A program made the position numbers and the translations under genes. The notes under the pieces were generated by a model, which did not search any database, had not been told where the DNA came from, and saw nothing but the letters and a program-made list of their open reading frames with translations. DNA of 63,935 nucleotides, filler included, from Octopus bimaculoides (taxonomy: Eukaryota): assembly GCF_001194135.2 (NCBI RefSeq). It is 5 parts of 5 records of this genome, joined end to end, with 100 filler letters (N's around TTAATTAATTAA, not from the genome) between each part and the next. Parts side by side here need not be neighbours in the genome. Positions count along the whole stretch, not along the records: positions 1 to 27,990 come from NC_068986.1; 4 more parts are not named here. One strand, 5' to 3'. Position 1 is the stretch's first letter, and every line of letters begins with the position of its first letter. This document shows positions 1 through 10,094 of the stretch, piece after piece.

Positions 1-50
<50 letters not shown>

Positions 51-536
51 CGCGTGTGTGTGTTTCCAATACTTATATATATACATATATATGCATACAT
101 ATAAGCTTATATACATATATGATTGTATGCATATATTTGTGTATTTACATGTATTTTTATATTTATACATATGTGTATCTATATGTGTATGTGCATTTAT
201 GTATATATACTTTATCTACACAATGGTGTCTCTATTTTAATAACAAAAGAATAATGATGATTAATTACATTTTTTAATTGACTCATGAATCAAATTATGA
301 ATGAATCAAAGATGTATTTTCTTTTACTTCGGATTGAATGACATAATGCTATTCTCGGCAGTATCAATAACGATACAAAATGAACACCACTTCCTTTATG
401 ATCATTTTTGAAAAAAGCCTTATAAACTTAAATTTCGATGACAGACTGTAACTAAACAAATTCTGAATAACTAATTGATTATATCACCCAACGCTCTCTT
501 TTGATGGATAAATAAAAACAATTTATCGTCGGTTAG

Positions 537-573
537 GTGTTGCAGATAACTTCAAAGAGCGAAATAAATTTCT
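537..573 (+). CDS. Candidate small exon 1 (visible part) of an unidentified spliced gene
   Basis: Acceptor ttag at 536 (alternative tgcag at 545), donor TCT|GTAAGA at 574. Reads (G)VADNFKERNKF and ends in phase 2, matching the next exon. Confidence 0.3.
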
Positions 574-979
574 GTAAGAATAAATTGTGAAAATAAGGAG
601 AGAAAGTTTCTTCATTGGATATCATCTCCAGCACCAAGAGACACTCAGTAAATTGAAAACAAAATGAAATAAACACAGAAAACAGAGGACGAAGTGTGGA
701 CGTAGGGGTATATGATCACAGATGCCTGTAGGCATGGCGCACGAAGAATTGCAGTGTAAAATAAGCAAATGGAGTGTCATTAAAAATGGAGTGGTAGTTT
801 CTTAATAGATGCATAAACTGATATACGAGCAAAGTGTAGTTGCATTAGGTGGAAGGTGTAACATATACGAGCAATGTGGAGTTGCATAAGTCAAGATAAA
901 AGATAGGATGGTTTAGGTGTGTTTTGATTGTACTATGAAGGCTGATGCGACAATTGTTAAAACAGTGAACTAATTGAAT

Positions 980-1033
980 GTGATGGGGAGCTTTAGTTTA
1001 CTTTGAGTGATGGGGAGCTTTAGTTTACTTTGA
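980..1033. repeat. 27-bp tandem duplication
   Basis: GTGATGGGGAGCTTTAGTTTACTTTGA occurs twice in direct tandem. Confidence 0.9.
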
Positions 1034-1406
1034 GTGTTGGTGAAGAATGGTGTTAACATGGCAATTGTGTTTCGGGAGAAGGAAACTATTGCCAATAATT
1101 GCGTGAAAGTAATTGGACAAATCGTGTGAATGCGAGATGTGGCGTAAGAGATTGAGTTGAAGACAAAAGTTTGGTTGTAACCTAGAAATATTACTCTGGG
1201 GCTAAGATTTATAATATAACGTGTGTATTGTAAAGGTGCACACCCACTTCTGAAAGACGTCAAAAGATTCACTGTAAGAATAGCCAGGGGCGTTCGAGAA
1301 GACGGCCATGATAAGATCTGCGCAATATTGTTCAGGCATTATTGTTTGTAAACTTTAAACATGTTATAGCGTGTCTATTTCAAGATGGAGGTTATTATAT
1401 TTGCAG

Positions 1407-1440
1407 ACATGAAATTCTTAAATGGCAATGCTGTGGCAGG
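1407..1440 (+). CDS. Candidate small exon 2
   Basis: ttattatatttgcag acceptor, AGG|GTAACG donor. 34 nt, phase 2 to phase 0, reads (L)HEILKWQCCGR. Confidence 0.38.
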
Positions 1441-1536
1441 GTAACGATGGAAGCAGTTTTATAATTGAATCTAACTTACAGGTTAATCACCTTTCCATCT
1501 TCCTCACGATCACAATCATTGTCATCATCATCCTTC

Positions 1537-1570
<34 letters not shown>

Positions 1571-1932
1571 CATCATTATCATAATCCTTCTCATCATCAT
1601 CGTCATCATCATCGGCATCATCATCGGCATCATCCTCATCATAATCATCACCATCATCATAATCATCATCATCATCAACATCATCATCCTCATCCTCATC
1701 ATCATCATCACAATCCGTCAATAATCTAACTCTATTATCATTATTAATCATCAACATCATCAACACAAAATTTCCGACAGCAGCATTAAAGCCTTCATCG
1801 TCATCATCGTCATCATCGTCGTCATCATCTCCTAATCAATCATGGCCGGCACCGTCACCGCCATGATGCGAGTGATGGCGATAATGGTGATGGGGATAAT
1901 GATAACGGGGATATTCGTGCTCATGATGGTGA

Positions 1933-1966
<34 letters not shown>

Positions 1967-2111
1967 GGTGGTAATGAGAAGCAGGTGGAGGAGGAGGAAG
2001 ACTTTGTCGATGATGACGACGATGATAAGAAAGATGATGGATGGATGACTAATCTGTAACGTAGACTCAATAAAAAAAATGGAAAAGTTTTCATCCATCA
2101 TTGCTATCCAG
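1441..2111. repeat. Fold-back region: inverted unique arms enclosing (ATC)n then (GAT/GGT)n tracts
   Basis: 1464-1499 matches the reverse complement of 2036-2071 at 28/36; 1441-1451 matches the reverse complement of 2094-2104 at 9/11. The interior trinucleotide tracts are complementary to each other. Confidence 0.8.
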
Positions 2112-2164
2112 CAACAAATGGCAGAGACGACCGTGGAAATTAAAACCAAGTGGAATCTTGTTAG
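2112..2164 (+). CDS. Candidate small exon 3
   Basis: tttcatccatcattgctatccag acceptor, TAG|GTAAAT donor. 53 nt, phase 0 to phase 2, reads QQMAETTVEIKTKWNLV. Confidence 0.42.
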
Positions 2165-2303
2165 GTAAATGATGTGAGATTTACAGCAGCCACGTCAGAG
2201 CAACAACTAAGCAGTCCATCACTTTGATGATGCTATTTTCAATAATACACTCTCGTAAGTGATTATGTCCATAAGTATTCTAATGCGTTGACGCTCCTCC
2301 CAG

Positions 2304-2346
2304 AAAATGTCGTTTAGAGAAACATGGAATCATAAAAAGATATCTG
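2304..2346 (+). CDS. Candidate small exon 4
   Basis: Branch-like cTAAT plus gctcctcccag acceptor, CTG|GTGAGG donor. 43 nt, phase 2 to phase 0, reads (R)KCRLEKHGIIKRYL. Confidence 0.45.
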
Positions 2347-2653
2347 GTGAGGTATAATATCCAAACCGATGCTAGATTCACCATGTCATACTGGCTGGCG
2401 TAGTAATGCTCGTTTAGTTTTAATATAAATGTGCCTTAAAATGTCTTTGACCAAACACGAAGATTGATGTTGTTATTCTTCTTCTTTTTCTCATTATTAT
2501 TATTATTGTTATTGTTATTATTCTTATCATTGTAGTATTTACTCTGAGCTGTTATCGTTTGAGTTCAAATTACGTCGAGGTAGAATTATTCTTTCGTCCT
2601 TTTGGAGTCAATAAATCACGTGCCAGTCCTTCATGATTATTATTATTACTATT

Positions 2654-2667
2654 ACTATTATTATTAT

Positions 2668-2750
<83 letters not shown>
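2654..2750. repeat. (ATT)n/(AGT)n microsatellite
   Basis: Long pure TAG/AGT run read directly from the sequence. Confidence 0.95.
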
Positions 2751-3216
2751 ATGCAGAATTTGTTGCGGCTCCTTATGTTTTGAGTTCAAATCCGACCAAG
2801 ATGAAATTCGCCTTACATCCTTCCGGCTTCAATAAAATTAAATATGAGATGAGTGCTGTAATTAATGAAACCCCACCTCTTAAATTACTGGCCTTGTGCC
2901 AGATTTAAAAGCTATTGTTTTATTATTTACAGCGTTGAGTTAGCAAAAACGTCTATGTGTCGGAAATATCCCTTGTTATATTTGTTCTTCCTCTATACAT
3001 TCTGAGTTCAAATACAAAAGTCATCTTTTCCGTTTATCTTTTCGAGGTCATTCATATAAAGTACAAGTACTAGGATTGATGGAACCGATTCCTCCCTCCT
3101 CTTGAAATTGGTGGCCTCGTTCCTAAATTGGAAACAAATTTGTTCAACGTAGCGAACTTGAAAAATTATGGGGAGAAGGGTGAGGTTATTATTATTATTA
3201 TTATTATTATTATTGA

Positions 3217-3423
3217 GGCGGCGAGCTGGCAGAATCGTTAGCACGCTGTACTAAATGCTTAGCGGTATTTCGCCCATCTCTACCTTGTGAATTCAAATTC
3301 CACCGAGGTCGACTTTACCTTACATCCTTTCGGGGTCGATAAATTAAGTACCAGCTGAGTACTGGAGTCGATGTGATCGACTATTCACCTCTCCCAAATT
3401 GCAGGCCTTGTGCCTATGATATA

Positions 3424-3427
<4 letters not shown>
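3217..3427 (+). mobile_element. tRNA-derived SINE, family A (GGCGAGCTGGCAGAA head)
   Basis: A-box-like head, B-box-like GAATTCAAATTCC, shared body (GTCGACTTT.CCTTTCATCCTTTCGGGGTCGAT) and (ATT)n tail. About 15 related copies in the window, including 2760-2910, 4711-4927, 13660-13770 and 13990-14120. Confidence 0.85.
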
Positions 3428-3475
<48 letters not shown>

Positions 3476-3559
3476 TTGGTTGCTTCGTTTCAGATTCAAT
3501 CTTGATTTGGTAAAATCGTGAATAAATGTTTTCTGTATGAGGCCACTGTATCATTTTAG

Positions 3560-3688
3560 GTTCGTTTGAAATATGTTAAAGACTATACAGTGCGATTTGA
3601 GGGAGAGACGGATGAAATATCTAGTAGATTCAGCGACCACATCCAGGCTCATTTATTGGAACGTCTGCCAAGACTTGGTCGCTTTTGA
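3560..3688 (+). CDS. Candidate terminal exon 5
   Basis: cattttag acceptor, phase 0, reads VRLKYVKDYTVRFEGETDEISSRFSDHIQAHLLERLPRLGRF-stop. AATAAA follows at 3734-3739. Confidence 0.42.
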   Translation, partial: VRLKYVKDYTVRFEGETDEISSRFSDHIQAHLLERLPRLGRF

Positions 3689-4094
3689 ATTCGCCCCCAC
3701 TTTTTATTTGTATTTGTATAGTGCGTTGACGAAAATAAAGCAAGAATCTAGATCCAGAATAGATTTGATGAATAAAAAACGCAGAAGAAATTTGCCATAG
3801 TTTAGTTGATCTTGAAATGAATCAGTTTTAAAAATCAGCTCTTGAGAATTCTATTTCTCATTTCAATAACATAAAAGACATCTCAAGGAGAACTTAGATT
3901 CTTCGGTTCTTGTATGCCAGATTATTTCATTTCCTGCACATCATTCTGTCTTTCTCTCTCGTCGAAACGGTGCTGGTGGCAGCGACAGCACACGAAGCAG
4001 TGCTGGCGGTGATTGCGACGCTGCTTCAGGTTATGCTAGACGTAGTTGTTGCAATTGAGGTGGAGTTGTTAGTAAGAACATGAAGATGGTAAAG

Positions 4095-4145
<51 letters not shown>

Positions 4146-4492
4146 TGAATTTCGTAAACGATCTGACATCAATCATCATCATTGCTCGGTTAATAAATTA
4201 TATTTATGCGTATTATATAATACCATTAACAGATCCGTTTATATATATATANNNNNNNNNNNNNNNNNNNNNNNNNNNNNNNNNNNNNNNNNNNNNNNNN
4301 NNNNNNNNNNNNNNNNNNNNNNNNNNNNNNNNNNNNNNNNNNNNNNNNNNNNNNNNNNNNNNNNNNNNNNNNNNNNNNNNNNNNNNNNNNNNNNNNNNNN
4401 NNNNNNNNNNNNNNNNNNNNNNNNNNNNNNNNNNNNNNNNNNNNNNNNNNNNNNNNNNNNNNNNNNNNNNNNTGTATGTATGTATGTAAGTA

Positions 4493-4523
<31 letters not shown>

Positions 4524-4528
4524 GTATG

Positions 4529-4594
<66 letters not shown>

Positions 4595-4710
4595 TGTGTG
4601 TGTGTCTGTTTGTATGTATTTATATATGTACATAATTATCTGCATAATTCAGAGACCATTTTTTATTGATTTAGCGTGTATATGCTTACAGTCATATTAG
4701 ATATTTTGAA

Positions 4711-4927
4711 GACAGTCAGCTGGTAGAATCATTAGTACGCCGGACAAAATGCCACAAGGCATTTTGTCCGGCGTACTACTTGTATTCTGAGTTCAAATTC
4801 CATTCAGATTCACTTTGCCTTTCATCCTTTCGAGGTCGATAAATTACGTACCAGTTAAACATCAGGGACAATGTAATCGAAATATCCCCTCCCAAAAATT
4901 GCTGGCCTTGTGCCAAAATTTGAAACC
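4711..4927 (+). mobile_element. SINE family A copy
   Basis: Aligns by eye to the 3217-3427 copy. Confidence 0.75.
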
Positions 4928-6011
4928 AATACTACATTTCATTATATTCGTAACTATATACAAATATACATACATACATGCATATATGTGTGTGTGTGTA
5001 TAAATATAATGAAGGAGAGGAACATATATATGTACATAGGTAAATAGATAAATATGCACACACACACACACACAGACAAACATGGACTCATACACGCACA
5101 TAAATAGACACATGCGTACGTAACGTACATACATTAATACATGCATTCATATATGTTGAATGTCTCAGATCCAGCTCTACGCTGTCCTCCACCTTGTATG
5201 GACGGTTATATGGTGCACATAAAAACCTTGGGAAGCATTGTTAGTTGTGTTATTTCTTGTTTTAAGATTGCCTTTCCCTTTCTTAAGATACTAAGAAACT
5301 TGTGGTATGCGATAGTGACACCAACTTTATGTAAAATCATATTTAGTGTCGATTTTCGGTCATATTACGTAATTTGGCGTTGGCCAGATTGCGACGTTGT
5401 TAAATCAAACTGGTTCAACCTGCGTACACGAAACTGAAATTTCACAGATCATTGTTCTCATTTTCATATCTAGTCCAAACTTAAGCGATCAAAGAAACTA
5501 ATATATAAAAATGGAGGTGTAGAAAAGCATAAAAATAATCCGCTACAATATTTTCTAAATATATTTGAGATTTGAAAAATTGGAGTATTATAAATACTAA
5601 AAACGTTGTTTTGAATATATCAGAATACATGAAAATCAATACACAACTGGTATTCAGTTTATCGAACCCATGAGTCAACGCAATTCTTATTTTCACTATA
5701 AATCTGATTTGCTGAAATATTTCTGAATGGCTCAACGATGAACATCTTATAGATCCCTACAATACATCTAATCTATTAAGACATTGGAGGCTTTAATCCA
5801 ACCAAATAATTGACTTTTATTTACAGATACATCAATCATTTTGTTTCTACTCAACGTTTTCCTTTAACATTTTGTAAGTAAAGGAGTCATTCTTTTTTTT
5901 TTTTACATCAACAATCAGTATTGAACGGCTTTTTGTTTGCTCTGAAATGTATACTCTGCGGTGTATTTTTACATACATACACACACACACAAACGCGCAT
6001 ACACACACTAG

Positions 6012-6058
<47 letters not shown>

Positions 6059-6593
6059 GCACGTACACGTGTGTGTGTTATACGAAGGCGGGCAGAGCAA
6101 GGAAAGGCGTGCCTGGAGAGTGTTCTACCTACTGAACACATAATTACACAATATTCCGTATATAATATTGTGATTTAGAAGGCTTCGTCTCATTGAGATT
6201 TTCTCTGCACTTTTGAGACAAAAGTTTCTTCTGAGATGTTTTGTATTCTAATTACAACATTACGAAAGATACCTTCTGTAGAATTAACCCGTCTCTTTTC
6301 GTTCTGCAAAACAAATAGCGTTAGACGTGAATGTCTTTACTACTTTTAAGCCATTCGATAGATTACACTCAAATGAAGTGTTTCAACTTAGTATTCATCA
6401 TCTCTAAATTGTACAAACGGACCCCAATGTGAGTTGCTGATGAGATTTAATTAGATGGAAATATGCCGGTTGCTTTATCACAGGACTGTTGTCTTTAACG
6501 ATATGTCCATCACTAACCGCATGAAAAAATTCCAGTTAATCAGATTTTTTCATCTTGTGTTACGTGGGACAGAGACACTGTTATATGTCTGGT

Positions 6594-6638
<45 letters not shown>

Positions 6639-6736
6639 ATATTTACATATACATACATATATATATTTATATAGAGAGAGAGAGATAGATAGAGGGGAGA
6701 GAGAGAGAAAAAAAGAAATATAAATATATGTAAATT

Positions 6737-6769
<33 letters not shown>

Positions 6770-6949
6770 NNNNNNNNNNNNNNNNNNNNNNNNNNNNNNN
6801 NNNNNNNNNNNNNNNNNNNNNNNNNNNNNNNNNNNNNNNNNNNNNNNNNNNNNNNNNNNNNNNNNNNNNNNNNNNNNNNNNNNNNNNNNNNNNNNNNNNN
6901 NNNNNNNNNNNNNNNNNNNNNNNNNNNNNNNAGAGAGAGAGAGAGAGAG

Positions 6950-6997
<48 letters not shown>

Positions 6998-7771
6998 CAT
7001 ACATACATACATACATACTTAGATGAATACACATATAGATGTGTAAATATATATTTGCATATGTGTGTGTATGTGTTCATGCGTGTGAGTGTTTGCGTGT
7101 GGAGTGGTGAGCTGCCAACATTTTTACAACTGCTTAGCTTAGCTGCCAAAATTTTAGCAATCGTCTCTTCGTGCTATAAAAAGATAGTGTTACCCGCGGT
7201 ATAAACCACAGTCGTTTCAACATTAACTATCATCACGTTCATGTAATATACAAACAGGCTACAAGCGTGAATCCCAGCATCCCGATGAAGAGTTCTCCCA
7301 GGTAAAATTATTCGCATCAATGTTCAAAGAATTTGCCTGGTGGATAGTAGTATATAGTTAGCATTTTAAATCTTAAGGAGAGATGAAAATAAAGATTAAC
7401 CTGAGGCTAAGGGAATTTTTAGGGGTGAGCAGGATTGCTATGCAAATGGGTTAAGATGGTGTGAGGGCGAGGACAAGTGGTGAAAGGAATTGTGTTGAGT
7501 AGTTTATTTTGGATGGTAGCCTCATAATTCACTGATACAACCAGAAAACGGATTGGCGTTAAGGTTGTAGGTAAAAGTATTTTGGGTAGATATGGAAAAA
7601 AGGGAGGGGAAGATACAATACATGAAATTACATAGACTTACAGTTACCATGAGAGATTCATGTTTAGGGAGATGATAGGAAGTGGGGGGATTCTAAAGTT
7701 AAGGCGAATAAACGGCGATGCAAACACGCAGAGGTTCACTGATAGACAATTTCATACAGCATTCACACATT

Positions 7772-7827
<56 letters not shown>

Positions 7828-7836
7828 TATATATAT

Positions 7837-8018
7837 ACTGCCTGGAATCGAACTCGGAAACTTGGGGTTAGTAGCCCGCGCTCTTAAGCCCTACGCCACA
7901 TGCACACGGGCATATGGCGTAGTGCTTAAGAGCACATGCTATTAACACCAGAGCATATGGCGTTGTGGTTAAGAGCGCGGGCTACTAACACCAAGATTCC
8001 GAGTTCGATTCCGGCAGT
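7837..8018. mobile_element. Palindromic pair of tRNA-like SINE heads (family D) with a partial third head
   Basis: 7837-7903 is the near-exact reverse complement of 7953-8018. A-box-like TGGCGTTGTGG and B-box-like GAGTTCGATTCC are present; a partial forward head lies at about 7910-7952. Confidence 0.8.
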
Positions 8019-8025
8019 GACCTGA

Positions 8026-8058
<33 letters not shown>

Positions 8059-8060
<2 letters not shown>

Positions 8061-8616
8061 GCCCGGATGCAGTACCAGGCAGTGGCTCTCATGGCTTCTG
8101 ATCTTAATTATTGATTGGAAGTGTTATCATGTACATTGTTTTGTCTTGGTATAAAAAGATGGGTTACTGCAAATATTCTGCTTAATACCACAGATTTGCT
8201 TGTTAGTGGTTTGACCTTAACCAGTTGAGCATGCCCCTTAATGGCTGAGGATATGTCTATCTCTGATCACGAGTAGAAGTAGCGGGAGAAGATCATAGCC
8301 ATGTGTTGAGGGGAATTCTTTGGGGTTTGAGTAATTCACCTTTGGAAACATGGGTGTTTTGCTCAACATCCTTAAACAAACCTTATTCAGGGACCTTTTG
8401 AGCAGGATGGGATACTCGACCTGAAGAAAATTCTAAGTGGGCCCCACCTGCGAGGTCATGTGTTTTTTATCTTGATATGAAATCAACATGTCACGCACAT
8501 ATGGTTGCGATGCATGTGCCTGGTGTACCCTTATTAGACGGGTAGTCATGATGGGTATATTGGGCTTCGTATATTTTACCCGTGTCACTTTGATGGTATT
8601 CGCTGCTCTCTCACTC
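8059..8616. mobile_element. Unclassified insertion bracketed on both sides by (AAT)n
   Basis: About 560 bp of non-coding sequence that splits an (AAT)n tract (8028-8058 and 8617-8645) lying between the SINE head and its tail. Confidence 0.4.
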
Positions 8617-8647
<31 letters not shown>

Positions 8648-8694
8648 TCGAAAAATACTTTAGAAATGAGAACCCAGGTTCGAAATTTCACCAA

Positions 8695-8740
8695 GACATC
8701 TGATGAAAGCTGGAGGGTATATCAGCCGAGACGTTGTGTT
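8695..8740 (+). ncRNA. Degenerate minimal type I hammerhead ribozyme motif in a SINE-like tail
   Basis: GACAT-CTGATGA-[gctg..cagc stem II]-GAGA (canonical GAAA)-palindromic ACGT-GTT triplet-GTGTT, where GTGTT pairs with GACAT as stem I. Confidence 0.55.
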
Positions 8741-9178
8741 AACAACAAACAAGATGAGGACAAATATCCGTCAAATATAAATAATGTAAATAATGTACAT
8801 AGTTCTTCATCTCTTAAATAGAGAACTGAAATATATATATATATATGTATATATATATTATTGTATGTACGTATATATACACGTATGTATCTATATATGC
8901 ACATACACTTACATATTGTGCGTATGTGTGTGTGCGCGCGCACGTGTAAATATATATGTGCAGGAGTATAAGTGTGTGTGTAAGTACATGCACATACGCA
9001 CACACTAAATACTCTCGCTGCACACAGATACCCATAGACACCCGTTTCATTTCGTTTCTGTCTTTACTGCAAATAATTTACCAATCTACCGAACTTAATA
9101 TTAAAATTAAATATTTTACGCTACACAAATAAGTGATTAACTTTCACTTCGCAATATTAAAGGGTCAGCTGCATCGAC

Positions 9179-9196
9179 CACGTGAGTGGGCGGAGC
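9179..9196 (+). promoter_or_regulatory. Adjacent E-box and GC-box
   Basis: CACGTG at 9179-9184 and TGGGCGGAGC at 9187-9196, in non-repetitive sequence. Confidence 0.25.
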
Positions 9197-9397
9197 CATT
9201 TCATTCTGCCGTATGATTAACATAACTTTTTTGAGTCTTTCTCTCTTGAAAATGCAGCGAGAAGTTAAGGTCTCTGTACGATCGGATCGAGCCGAAGCAG
9301 GTCTAACTCACTACAGTTTCTATGGATGCTAGACATGGAAACAATCATTCCGTCGGTTTCGGACGATGAATGATGCAGTTGATGCGATCAATAGAAC

Positions 9398-9645
9398 CTC
9401 CTACAAGTGGCTGAGCACTCTACAGTCACGTGTAGCTTTTCATATAGTTCGCGGGGTTATTCAGAGTGACACCGAATGTGACAAGGCTGGCTCCTTTTGA
9501 ATTACAGGTACTAATCATTTTTGCCAGGTGAGTAGACCAGAGCAACGTGAAATAAAGTATCTTGCTCAAGGACAATCCGCTGCCGGGAAGAGAACTCATG
9601 ACCTTGGGATCTTAAGCCGAATGCCCAAACCACTGAGCTACGCCC
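9398..9645 (-). mobile_element. tRNA-derived CORE-like SINE, family B (diverged)
   Basis: Shares the CAGCCTTGTCACA / GAGTGCTCAGCCACTTG tail and the CCTTGAGCAAGA.ACTT core with copies at 47.6, 56.8 and 60.4 kb. Confidence 0.7.
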
Positions 9646-10007
9646 CTTCACATATACACAGTCATAATAAAATTCATCAAATTAATACATTTCTCATCTT
9701 TGTATCCCTCATTAGTTTCGTATATGTTTCCGATTAATTAGTTACTAAGGCTCATTCATTTACTAGTTATAAATCAGTTGTGGCTGACACTCCCAAGCGA
9801 GAGAAGTGTGCTGTTCCACTAGAAATAAATAGTGGACAACTACAACGAGTGGGGGTAGTCGGCGAGGAACGCCGTTCGTGTCCAGACACGCAGTGCGAGC
9901 CAGTTGGGCCAACGGCGAAGTACGCCGTTATAATACAGGACATAACAGTGTCCAGCATGACATGACAGTATCGTTGCCTGTTCTAATTCACTACTTATGA
10001 TGTTAAA

Positions 10008-10090
10008 GGCAGGGGGAGCTGGCAGAAACGTTGGCACGCCGGGTGAAATGCTTAGTGGTATTTCGTCTGCCGCTACGTTCTGAGTTCAAG
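10008..10090 (+). mobile_element. SINE family A 5' fragment at the end of the LINE
   Basis: GAGCTGGCAGAAACGTT...CGTTCTGAGTTCAA head. Confidence 0.75.
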
Positions 10091-10094
10091 TTTA

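Noticed and set aside
632-647. Possible 16-nt microexon (ctccag...CTCA|GTAAAT)
   Set aside because: It would need a 58-nt upstream intron and shifts exon 1407 into a frame with an immediate stop.
850-960. Possible RTE-LINE 3' remnant (also 7410-7520 and about 16640-16680)
   Set aside because: Only isolated words such as LRW and RKGRP; too decayed to support without a search.
1476-1766. Asp-rich ORF resembling acidic biomineralisation proteins
   Set aside because: It is the translation of an (ATC)n tract; the other frames give poly-Ile and poly-Met, and there is no start or splice context.
7953-8018. tRNA gene (likewise the heads at 47982, 56828 and 60358)
   Set aside because: Each continues into a SINE body repeated elsewhere in the window, and I could not fold a clean cloverleaf.
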